From assembly GCA_002633005.1 (NCBI GenBank), contig NMRA01000855.1:70472-119914 (forward strand): 49,443 nt of DNA, in the 5' to 3' direction. Position 1 is the first letter of the stretch; every line of letters starts with the position of its first letter. The notes below the pieces were generated by a model. It was not told the origin of the DNA. It saw nothing but the letters and a program-made list of their open reading frames with translations, and did no database searches. This document shows, one piece after another, positions 1 through 10,790 of the stretch. Origin of the DNA: Phoronis australis. Taxonomy: Eukaryota > Animalia > Phoronida. Made by a program: the position numbers and the translations under genes.

Positions 1-323
1 ATATTTTTATTCAAGAGTTCAAGTTTTCCTATTGACGATGGCGATTCAGCGACGCATCAGTCGGCAAGTTTTCGCCCTGTGATGAGCACAATTTTTTGAA
101 AAATTATCGTAATTTAACAACGGAAGTTCATAGCAATGCACCACAATTTTGTAGAAAGACTGTCATAGGCTAAAAATACGTCACAGAGCGTAAATTTTAT
201 GAATCCTAGCATCCGATTTTACCCGTTTGGGACTGAAACCGGCTTTCAACTGCCGTAGGCTACAATAAGAATCCCCTCCCCGTGAAATTGAATTTTTCTA
301 AGCGTTTATTAGAGCCAATACAG
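1..323 (+). mobile_element. Right-end fragment of the Tc2/pogo-like non-autonomous element (same family as 41663-42755)
   Basis: Colinear similarity with about 42441-42755 (ttattcaaga.ttcaagtt...gcgacgcat..tcggcaagttttc...gtcatagg...gagcgtaaattt.atgaatcctagc); ends ttattagagccaatacag|ta. Confidence 0.8.
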
Positions 324-922
324 TATACAGATTTCCACCAAGGCTAGGTGATGCTATGAAATTATTCTTTGTTGCATTAGTAACTGGTCTTGGCTAATTA
401 TCATTTTATGGCCTGGTCATCCATTCAGCCAAAAGTAAATCTAGAGGTGGCTTATCAGCCAATTTTTCACGCCTGCTGACTCACAATAGAAGCCTGATAA
501 GAGTGAAGATGGATAAATGGGGTGTTCCTACAGTTTCTTGTGTTAGTGGATGTGTTCATGACATGTAATTTGACCAAGCAATCACAGAGATAAGGAATTA
601 GCATGCAAGTTCCACTTTAAAAGGCTAAGAACAGAAATTTGGTATTAGGTTCTCACTTCACAATTGCTGAAAAAGGGTTTAGCCATGTAATTATGAGTGC
701 AATGCACTCTAAAAACAATCTATAACAATTGTCTAAGTAACTAGCAGTCATGCGCATATTCTTAGGGACTTTCCAGGTTAGCTAAAATGAGATGAAATAT
801 TTCAGAAACTGTTGTGTGGAGTGTTAAGATTACAGTTCTGTGTTTAAAGACACTTTGATGAAATAGACCCCAGATGTGGTCATACAGCAAAACTTTGTCA
901 ACTGTCAACAAGCTGTCCCCAC

Positions 923-1027
923 CTTTGACATGTCAATGCCGCAGCTGGTTGCGTACTGCATGATCTGAGCAGCTTTTTCCTTACTCTCTCTGCTGCTGGG
1001 TGGCACAGCATATACAGTCAACTTCCG
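923..1027 (-). CDS. R3H gene exon (RKLTVY...GIDMSK), 105 nt, phase 0-0
   Basis: Acceptor ttttttgtaattcttttgtag, donor AAG/gtgggg; completes the R3H C-terminal strand (RKLTVY). Confidence 0.75.
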
Positions 1028-4000
1028 CTACAAAAGAATTACAAAAAATTACCACTTAACAGCACTCATCACTCACTCACTAATGATAGGAGAAACTGAC
1101 AAAACATAACCTCATTTATGGAAATGCAACATAGATGTGAGTTGAAAAAGACAAAACAGATAATTGTATAATTCTACAACTGAGCTCACCACTTAAAACT
1201 GGATGCAGGAACAATCCACATGGATTTTAAATTTGGAATGGCACTAGCCATGAACTAGTAGTGACCTCTTTTGCTCTTCTGAGTAGATCCAGTAACTGAC
1301 CTGCAGTCATCAATGCAGAAAAGAGACATAGTGGAACCAGAGTCAAAATTAGTTATAATGAACAGCACTAATGCGGTCACATGGCTACAATGGAGAAATT
1401 CTTGATTGGCTGCCCAAACATGACAAAACACTTACAAGATGGAAAATGAGATATCGCAGAACGATCAGTCCACATTGCACTAATTGAGTGCAACATGGAC
1501 ACACAACTACTGAAAAGAGACCAAACCTATGTTTGTTGCTTACTTTCTTAACTCCGGAACTTTTTGAAGTAAGAGACTTCTTGCGGGCTTGCTCGTGTAT
1601 GTACGACCGCTTTTCTCTTGAGACAGATGCTGGGAATTCAAGCACTGCTTTGGCATTGTCCTGGGAGTTTTGCTGACAAAGAAAATTACACAGGAACATT
1701 TTTGAATTAAGTAAACATTCACTTTTCAGAGATAGAAAGTAATACAACTTGCACCAGCAGCAAAAATGCTTGTAATGTGAATCAGGGCTTGGAATGACCA
1801 ATTACGAAAAAGAGGAAAATTTTCCAGGTGATGTGTTGTTCTACAAATAAATAGGCTTATGTGATACAAATATTTCTGTGTTGTAAAATTTAACTGCAGG
1901 AAAAGTTTGTTTGCATGAATAAAGTAAAAATAATGATAAAAAAGAGAAGACTGTAAATCAAATAAGAGTAAATTGAAACCAAAACACAGAGAAATGTATC
2001 TTAAAAGCGGAAAATTCCAAGCCTTGTGAAAATAGTTGTGAGTGTCACTCTTGCAGGTAGAATGAGTTACCCAAAGCTGATGGTGTTTCCACTTACCAGG
2101 CAGCTTAATTCCAGAGACACACATCGGCATATGATAAAGACCTTTGCATTCAATGATTAATCGATCACTACTGTAGCAGTCAGTAAATGTGCTTTGATAT
2201 CAGTTTCACTTTACAAGTGATTTGAGTGGTGAACAAACAAACTGCCAGTGAGTGAAAATTCAGGCCAACGCGGACAGCATGTTTGACAAGCTAAAACCCT
2301 AGTATTTTTGTCACTGCAAACCTTCTAGCGTTTGTGCTACACATGTAAACTTGCCAAGTTTATGACTTTAGCTGAATGAAGACAACAATACGTATAAGAG
2401 ATGCAAAACCACCCACATTTAGAATACTTTCAACTTCAGTAACAATGGACTTGTAAGAAATTTTCCACATTGACATGAAACAAGACCCGTCTTCATTCCG
2501 AAATCATCAACAAAAGTTTACACAATACTGAGCAACACAGTTCATAAAGGCGTCATAAGTTTCTAGTGAAAAGGGGAGAACACACCTACTAATGAACCTC
2601 GTGATAGCTTACAGGCCAGCATATAACGCTGAAGCACATTTTGATTGTCAAAACAGTACTCTAATCATCCACTTACTTAACACAAAACAGTACTCTAATC
2701 ATCCACTTACTTAACACAAAACGGTACTCTAATCATCCACTTACTTAACACAAAACGGAACTCTAATCATTCACTTACTTAACACAAAACGGTACTCTAA
2801 TCATCCACTTACTTAACACAAAACGGTACTCTAATCATTCACTTACTTAACACAAAACAGTACTCTAATCATCCACTTACTTACCACAAAACGGTACTCT
2901 AATCATCCACTTACTTAACACAAAACGGTACTCTAATCATCCACTTACTTAACACAAAACGGTACTCTAATCATCCACTTACTTAACACAAAACGGTACT
3001 CTAATCATCCACTTACTTAACACAAAACGGTACTCTAATCATCCACTTACTTAACACAAAACGGTACTCTAATCATCCACTTACTTAACACAAAACGGTA
3101 CTCTAATCATCCACTTACTTAACACAAAACGGTACTCTAATCATCCACTTACTTAACACAAAACGGTACTCTAATCATCCACTTACTTAACACAAAACGG
3201 TACTCTAATCATCCACTTACTTAACACAAAACGGTACTCTAATCATCCACTTACTTAACACAAAACGGTACTCTAATCATCCACTTACTTAACACAAAAC
3301 GGTACTCTAATCATCCACTTACTTAACACAAAACGGTACTCTAATCATCCACTTACTTAACACAAAATGGTATTCTAATCATCCACTTACTTACACAAAA
3401 TGGTACTCTAATCATTCACTTGCTTAACACAAAACAGTACTCTAATCATCCACTTACTTAGCACAAAACGGTATTCTAATCATCCACTTACTTAGCACAA
3501 AAATAACTGCCAGAATATGTAATTTATTCTCTTTTTCAGACTGATTACCTTGCTACAAATCATGGAAATTTTTATTATTAAATGTTGTTTTATGACATCT
3601 ACACACCAAAAATCACGTTAGTACTACTGTGCAGTAATTCACTTATTTTGCACAAAAATAATTCCCAAAATTGTCATTTTCCATTGCATTTTTCAAAGTC
3701 TATACAAATAACGAAATATTTTAAGAGTTGTTTTACGCTTTACAGACTTAGGTTTTCTTGTTGAGCATGTTGTGTCCCAATAGGTAAAGAATTGTCATAG
3801 TAACAGATTAAAAATGTCTTAAATCTTTATTTTTGCCGAGAAATTTGAGAAAATAGAATTTCAGCTGTCGGCTATAGTGTGTGTTAAGTAGACGAATGGT
3901 TACGGTAGATTCTCCCAAAATGTATCGTGAACAAATTCTGCGAGGGTCAAGCCAGCTAACCTTGACATTTTAGCTTTACGGTAAAATGTTTGTCATGCCT

Positions 4001-5139
4001 CATACATGCATGTATACTCAGTCCCATGCATCAATATGTGAAACTGGGTCTACGAAGGGCCTCAGGTACACCTAGACTTAAGCCCACTTTAGCAACATCA
4101 AGTAACAACATGATTGCTCATAAATGAAGCTTGACCAGATAGAAGTGTATTCGTAAGTACAGTATGGGCAGGTAAAAGATGCGTAAAAAGCCACTTGAGG
4201 ACAAGTGCACGAGGCTTTTACACAAAAAGTCTGTCTGCGTCCATTATGTCATGGAAAGTTAAGCACACGCACCTATGCTCAAAACAGTTATCAATTTTTT
4301 CAAACACGTTGTAGACAAGCACACACACATCCACGGTATGTGTTTTTCGTCTGCAGTAAAGAAGGCAATTTCCCACAATGCATTATACACATGACAGCTC
4401 CCCCTATCAGTAATGAGGCCAATGACATACTTTGAACCAGTTGAGTAAGTTCATCAGCTGTATATGACTACCATCCCAGTGCAGAGTAACAGAAACCTCA
4501 TTGTTATCCAAGTTTCTCGATTCCCAGTGAACAGGGTAACCTAAAAATTAAAAAATACAATATCAAGTGATGAATATTAGTATTCATTAACTAAGGTGAA
4601 GTACCCAAGGCAGAAAAATTATAATCCAAAAACATTCTCATAAAAATTTTAACTTTTCTCATTAATTTTCGTAAATATAGGTAGCTTTTGGTAAAATATT
4701 ACATGTTTAGAAGACCTGGTTTAAGGTTAGGAATCATTCTGTCAAAATGGCACCAGTGTTCTCCAAAATAGAAAATTAAAACTCAACTGGAATACCAAAA
4801 TTCTTGTACGTACTCAAAAGTCCACCTCCATACTGTGGGGAGTTTGTGTGTTAAGTTTTGGAATAAATGTATTGAACTGGTATCAAAAGCACAAAATCTC
4901 CTAATTTCCCAATCCTTCAAACTGATTGCATAGGTTTCAAACTCAATATAAAACATTACAAACTCTAGGGGATGACTCATGAAGTTCCAATCTAGTCTGC
5001 ATCACCTTGGGTCTACCTAAAATCCGTGAAGCTTCAAAAGTACAGCATCCACGTCCAGGCATGCAGTTGCTTATAAAGGTCAATAAATAAACCTACTTGG
5101 TGTGGTTGGCTTTTTTCCTTTATATCGCACTTTGTCCAT
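923..5139 (-). CDS. R3H-domain protein, 5' portion (4 predicted coding exons: 5097-5139, 4497-4540, 1544-1672, 923-1027; continues beyond left edge)
   Basis: GT-AG exons with compatible phases splice to MDKVRYKGKKPTTPSYPVHWESRNLDNNEQNSQDNAKAVLEFPASVSREKRSYIHEQARKKSLTSKSSGVKKRKLTVYAVPPSSRESKEKAAQIMQYATSCGIDMSK. LEFP..S...R..IH.......L.S.S.G....LTV is the R3H signature (RxxxH) seen in YTHDC2/IGHMBP2-type R3H domains. The start codon and two upstream exons are less certain; orthology cannot be assigned. Confidence 0.65.
1544..1672 (-). CDS. R3H gene exon encoding the R3H core, 129 nt, phase 0-0
   Basis: Acceptor ttttctttgtcag, donor AAA/gtaagc; translation QNSQDNAKAVLEFPASVSREKRSYIHEQARKKSLTSKSSGVKK. 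Confidence 0.8.
2649..3502. repeat. 34-bp minisatellite, about 25 copies (CACAAAACGGTACTCTAATCATCCACTTACTTAA)
   Basis: Directly visible period of 34; central copies identical, edge copies diverged. Confidence 0.98.
4497..4540 (-). CDS. R3H gene probable 44-nt exon (YPVHWESRNLDNNE), phase 1-0
   Basis: Acceptor tattttttaatttttag, donor GAG/gtttct; phases fit both neighbours. Confidence 0.55.
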
Positions 5140-5173
5140 AAGCCCTTTTTCCTCCGTGGCAGGACCTCTGACT
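5097..5173 (-). CDS. R3H gene probable exon containing candidate ATG at 5139
   Basis: Acceptor tttacctcttcatcttcag, donor CAA/gtaggt; open frame VRGPATEEKGLMDKVRYKGKKPTTP ends in phase 1, matching the next exon. Confidence 0.45.
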
Positions 5174-5410
5174 CTGAAGATGAAGAGGTAAACATAAAAA
5201 ACTAAAATTGCGACTAGGGGCCACAGCAGCAGATGGATAAATCCAAAACTCATAATCTGTTGTCAAATTCATAGGAACAAATCGGCCAAATCTCAATTCG
5301 GCAAGGTTTTAGGAGTCACAGCAGTTGACGCCAAACAACCGATACACAGACACTGAGAAATGGTGACAACGCACACACATGCACATATGTAAGTATGTGG
5401 GCGCATAAAA
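5150..5410. mobile_element. Truncated copy of HINE-like family A
   Basis: gaggtaaacataaaaaactaaaattgcgactagggg and terminal tatgtgggcgcataaaa match 20343-20580. Confidence 0.75.
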
Positions 5411-5828
5411 ATGGGCAAAAGTTACAGCTACAGTTAGTTCTTAATTGACATCAGTTTCACTATCATCTTGTACCAATGCATTTCCAGCATATATCTCTAT
5501 CATGTTTCATCAACATTTGACAGATTGGAATTTCTCTTCAAATACTAACAGCCTACAGGAGGACTCACAGACATAGGCAAATTCGACCGAAAATCTAGTA
5601 CTGGTGGTGGTGCATTCCTGCCACATCAATGTGGAAAATTTCATCATGATTTGTCAAGGGGTTTATGGCAGACAAGCAAAAACTTAACATCCAACCCGTG
5701 GATAAAGATCCACAGACAATGGATGGATAAAATGTGCCACATAACGTGGAATTGTCGTGAGGATTGACAGGGACCTCAGGGGTCTCACGCTCCACTGGCT
5801 TATCTACACTAATATGAAAAGGCTATGT

Positions 5829-6278
5829 CAAGGTACCTAAACTAGACGGTTAACGGACTCATAAACACGATCACGGACACATGAACACGACTCACGGACC
5901 AGCAAACACCGTCCACTGACTCACAAACACGGGAACGGACTCACAAAACATGATCCATTCACCCAAATACACGGGACATGGACTCACATTCATGAAGAAA
6001 CACGGTTAACGGACCGCCAAACACGGTTTACGGACAAAATGTAGATGTCAGCTGACCCAGGAAGCCGATGAGTCTGTGACCCGTGTTTGTCGGTCAGTTA
6101 ACCGTGTTTCCTCGTGAACATGAGTACGTGTCCTGTGTATTTGGGTGAATGGATCGCGTTTTGCGAGTCCGTTCCCGTGTTTGTGAGTCAGTGGACGGTG
6201 TTTGCAGGTCCGTGAGTCGTATTCATGCGTCCGTAACCGTGTTCATGAGTCCGTTAACCGTGTAGTTTAGGTACCTTG
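5829..6278. mobile_element. 450-bp foldback MITE, CAAGGTACCTAAACTA termini, 5-bp TSD TATGT
   Basis: About 200-bp inverted arms around a ~45-bp core; TATGT at 5824-5828 and 6279-6283. Confidence 0.92.
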
Positions 6279-6714
6279 TATGTCCAGTAACCTGTTGTGG
6301 GTCATAAAAGAGATTATGATACCTGCAGTTGTTGATCACATTGGTGTAGACTCACAAGAGAAATTAAAAATTACTCTTATAATCCTTGCTTCAAAAGACT
6401 TAAAAAGAGAGGAGCGGCGCAGGAATCGGATTCAGTTGTGATGACCGCATTGTCCGGTGCGAGCAAGACTCAATTAAGTGTAATTACCCAACCATAAACT
6501 GTAGTAAACATCTCTGCCTGTACATACTGGCGAATTTTCAAAATGCATTGATTAATAGTTTTCGATAACGAACACAACAGCGGTTAAATTCAGCTGGAAA
6601 AAAACAACCACATAAGGTTTTCAATTTTTAAAAATCGATGAACTAATTAGCTAAAAACTACAAACATTTGGTACGAATGAAGATAAATGACCGTGCGTAT
6701 TGAAAAAAAACCTT

Positions 6715-6877
6715 ATTCACCCAGTCGCCATTTTCATAATGAACCTCTTTTTGCATCTGAGCCATAAATATTACGAGGCACGCAAAAAAATCATGCTTTG
6801 CGCCATGTTTAAGTGAAGAATGCATTGTTTTTAAAACCTAAAAAGAGGCTCACTTTTAAAATGGCAACTGCGTGAAT
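6715..6877. mobile_element. ~163-bp MITE with ~38-bp imperfect TIRs
   Basis: attcacccagtcgccattttcataatgaacctcttttt versus aaaaagaggctcacttttaaaatggcaactgcgtgaat. Confidence 0.75.
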
Positions 6878-8049
6878 CTTGGTAGATTTACAAACGTTGA
6901 TCAGAGTTAACAATATGACATGAATTATTCTTTTAGTACTCTTTGAAACTCATTTAACCAGATTTTTGACTAGGAAACAGATGTGTTTAACTTGTGTCTA
7001 GAGATTTCAAATCTTCAGTTTGGTTATCACCATATTTGCACTTTTGCATCCATATTTTATGGTTTGAGTTCTTAAACTTGAACTAATGACACATGTATTT
7101 TTGTTTGCTGAGAAATGTTTAGTGTAGCTGTAATTTGGAAAGTTCATTGATAGGTTCACAATTAAATAAACTAATTAAGATTCACTGGCTGCCGATCAAA
7201 AATGTCTACCACTCTTTTGGTACTTCAAGTTTAAAAAGAAAATTAAAAGATATCAACCCGTTCCCAGTACGAAATTAAACAAGTAGGCAGTAGTATTAAA
7301 AATGAAATAACGAAAACCGGTATGAAACATATTTAAAACCATTGTTCCTTTTGGGAAGTGGCCCTTGGTCAAGATAAACACAAATTAACTTTTTTTAGTC
7401 ATTTTGTAATATTTAAAATGTACCAAGTTAAAACTACTCTCATAGTTGCAGGCTGTAACTCTGTGCAAATGCCAGAGAAAACTAATTTGGGTGTAATAAC
7501 AACCATCACTGTTGAGACAGTAGTGCAAGGTACGGTATACCTTTCCACTTAGCTCAGATCTCCATCAATACAAAGGGCGACCTGAATAGGCATCATAAAA
7601 GTTGTCTGGGGCTAAGGGAATCTGAGCTGTGACCAGTGTAAGTGAGAAATTCTTCGCATGTTTAAAAGGATAAAAACACGATTTTGGCTTATTAACATCG
7701 TGAAAACAACCACCACCTTGTTGTTTGAAAGAAAATGATGCTCTGCCTGAACCCGGCCCTGAACAAACTTCACTGAGAATGAATGTTTTGACCAAAATTT
7801 GAAATTACTTACCAAAGTTTGGTAAATGGCGGGGCCAACGGGACCTACGCTTTAGGCGAGTTACACAGCAGCCATAATAGCCATATCCTATCTGTGTCAC
7901 AGAGTGCGAGTTATTACTCTTGTCACATGGACGTGGAACGCCAATGTTGCATTAGCTGCTTAGCAGGCAGCAAAACGAGAGGTCGGTCGTTATTCAGTGA
8001 TTATAGTTATCTAAAGTAGGGTCCATATATAATGACATCTAACTAGTGC

Positions 8050-8720
8050 CGAAACTTTCTTCACTTTATTCAGTACGCCTAGCCCTAAATGTACCCTACC
8101 AGTCGTGTGTCATAGGCCTACTGTCAAGTAGCCTAGTAGGCCGTAAGTGTAGCAAGGCCTACTACTGGGCTTCGACAGACGACAGTCCCGCCGTTGCCTA
8201 ACCGTCACATAGCCGGTCCAACAGAACATCTTAGGCATTTTAAAAGCTCATTTGACATCAGTTGAATGCTATGAATACGATTAAGAGAGAACCTGAATAC
8301 TGATGACTCGCTTTCCTGACTCATAGGCCTACTTACGAACACGTTCGGTCACCAAATTTCAATTCAGCGTCAGCACGTGTAAGACAGGCAAGAGTGGTTG
8401 CGCTACATGGACCTATGCCTATGGGTTGACAACGCTACACGCGGGTTACCGGAGATTTCCGATAAAATGCCCAAACCACAAATCGCACATGAAGAAGGAA
8501 GAAAGCGCTCCGGTCGGCACCGACACGTGTCGAAGATCAAAAACTGAGAGATTTTCCGAATGGCGCTATAAAGTAGTCTTTTATTACTGAAAAAACGACT
8601 TGAGTAAAATAGTGTTGCATAGGGTGCTTTATCAGATATGTCTGGTAGGCTATGCTCATTCAAAGGCTGATTTGATCCGAAAATATTTGAGATATTCCGG
8701 TGGCGGTTTGATACGACAAG
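8050..8720 (-). promoter_or_regulatory. CpG-enriched putative promoter / non-coding first exon of the R3H gene
   Basis: Local CpG enrichment, CACGTG E-boxes (about 8375 and 8524), a strong minus-strand donor TTC/gtaagt at 8336, and clustered TAGGCCTA-like motifs just downstream on the minus strand. Confidence 0.45.
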
Positions 8721-9094
8721 GCCCTTACTAGTAGGACCAAAGAAAAATGTCATAATTCAAATTCAAATTCTACCAAGTTCAGAAAATAACTATAACTTCT
8801 AACTTTAGCCTACTGAGTTAAATTTTATAGTCTTGAAGGTATTTGTGGGAAGCACAGGCTTGTCGATCTAGACAAGTGTAGTGGGCATACGAAAATTTCT
8901 ATTCCCCAAACTATGGTTTTTGCACAGGCAAATCCACAACTAAATGAGAAAATAAAAACTGATTCTATATTTTGAAAAAAAATTGTATTTATTTTTAGCA
9001 TACAGGTTTTGCCAGATGTGTTTCGAGTGTAAAATAGCGTGTCGGGTATGGCTGGTGCCGTGTGTTGGAAAATATACTGTCTTCATGACACTGC

Positions 9095-9378
9095 ATTAGA
9101 GCCAAGCTCAACAAGTTGGTTTGTTACAACCAAGCATGACCTCAAGCAATATAATAATGATCTCCCACTTCTTTCAAAATCAACAAAACAATTTTAATCC
9201 GAGTAAGTGATAATTAAGTTGAAACCAGCTGTAGAGCATAAGTGGTCTAAACCGAAAGTTTGTTTCTTTTCAAAACCTGTAAAACAATCATGTAAAAAAT
9301 TATTGCCCAACTTCTGAACTTTATGAAAGATTCAGTTTTATTGTTAACAAAAGAAGATTTAATACTTTCGTTTTGGAC
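9095..9378 (+). repeat. ~280-bp dispersed repeat, copy 1 (copy 2 at 18112-18386)
   Basis: Near-identical direct match (caacaagttggtttgttacaaccaagcatgacctcaagcaat...gaagatttaatactttc). Confidence 0.9.
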
Positions 9379-9651
9379 TGGCATGTATGCGGGTGTACAC
9401 ATGTGTGCGTTTTCATTCTTTTAAATCCAGTACACACCGACCTTAAGTTCCCTATAGCAAGGTACCTAAACTACACGGTCAAGGGACTCATAAACACGAG
9501 GCACTTTCATTGTGGATTGATGGACTGGCATGTATGCGGGTGTACACATGTGTGCGTTTTCATTCTTTTAAATCCAGTACACACCGACCTTAAGTTCCCT
9601 ATAGCAAGGTACCTAAACTACACGGTCAAGGGACTCATAAACACGAGGCAC
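9374..9651. repeat. 131-bp direct duplication (9374-9504 / 9521-9651) including the MITE terminus
   Basis: Identical copies offset by 147 bp with a 16-bp spacer; explains the repeated peptide in ORF 9373..9696. Confidence 0.92.
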
Positions 9652-9870
9652 GGACGCATGAACACGACTCACGGACCTGCAAACACCGTCCACTGACTCA
9701 CAATCACGGGAACGGCCTCAGAAAACACGATCCATTCACCCAAATACACGGGACACGGATTCATATTCACGAGGAAACACGGTTAACGGACCGTCAAACA
9801 CGGGTCACAGACTCATCGGCTTCCTGGGTCAGCTGACATCTCCATTTTGTCTTTGACCCGTGTTTGGCGG
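9605..9870. mobile_element. Second, truncated copy of the CAAGGTACC foldback MITE, core inverted relative to 5829-6278
   Basis: Same arm sequence; core ctcatcggcttcctgggtcagctgacatc is the reverse complement of about 6043-6072; most of the second arm is missing. Confidence 0.9.
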
Positions 9871-10189
9871 TAGTCTCCTGCACAGACCCTCGAGGTTGGT
9901 TGTGAGGCCCGGGAACCAGGTTATGTTTGGCGGGTGCGTGCATGCCGTGTGTGTAGTATGCACGGGAAATGCAAACAAAAATTCATTGCGCAATACTACC
10001 GAAAACTAAAAACATCAAGGTAGAGCAAAGAGAACCTTTCCAATTTGATGACCAATGACTTAAATTTTATTTGTTTTTAAACAAAGTACTTAAACGTCTT
10101 TTTGAATCTGCGGTTTGTAAACTTAAATCCAGTAATCTAGTTCCTAAGCCAAGAAACAAAGAAGTGTGAGAAGATTTTGGGACACTTTG

Positions 10190-10790
10190 TAGAGCTGTCC
10201 GAAATTCATCAATTTCCTTGAGACTTATTTTAAATAGACAAAATCATTTAGTGTACTTTTATATTTGGGGATCTCATGATAGATCCAAATTTCCCAATGT
10301 CGGCCTGCAACTCACTTCATTGAAGCATTATCATTTCTTACAAGATTAGCTTCTAACTACAACCAGCTCTTAATCAGCCCATTTTCATAGATACATAAAC
10401 ATGTAAATTAGAAACCAACAATCGAATCCATGAACAATGCGCTTACCTTGATTTAAGGACTTAATTCCTTTTTGATCCCCTGTTAGTCAGTTTAAACAAC
10501 AAATCTTGTACCGAAGTCAACAAAGCAACGCATTTATTGTCAGTTGAATTGTGAGTAAATTTTTGGGAAGTGTCCAAACTTCATCAATGTCCTAGAGAAT
10601 TATTTGAGACAGGCAAAAAGCGTCCAAGTGGGGATCTGATTATACTAGAGTTTTTTCCATATTCAGGCTTCAACTTAATTCCTTGAATCGTAATAATTTC
10701 TTAAAAGACTAGCTTGCAATTGCCAAAAATCATCTATTAACTTGTCAGTTTTCGTATATACATAAACATGTAAATCAGAAACCAACGAAT
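10190..10790. repeat. Degenerate ~370-bp tandem duplication
   Basis: gtcc.aa.ttcatcaat at about 10197 and 10572; atacataaacatgtaaat.agaaaccaac at 10391 and 10758. Confidence 0.65.

Noticed and set aside
2092-2175. Possible additional R3H exon (donor CTG/gtaagt near 2096)
   Set aside because: No convincing acceptor or frame, and the flanking exons already join in phase.
2649-3502. CRISPR-like array
   Set aside because: Units are contiguous 34-bp repeats with no unique spacers, no cas genes, and the context is eukaryotic.
7806-7960. Possible extra 5' UTR exon of the R3H gene (donor TTG/gtaagt near 7811)
   Set aside because: No clear acceptor; the donor sits in a short palindrome and cannot be verified.
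9373-9696. 107-aa ORF with an internal repeat
   Set aside because: Produced by the 147-bp-offset DNA duplication and MITE sequence; TTG start; no coding signal.
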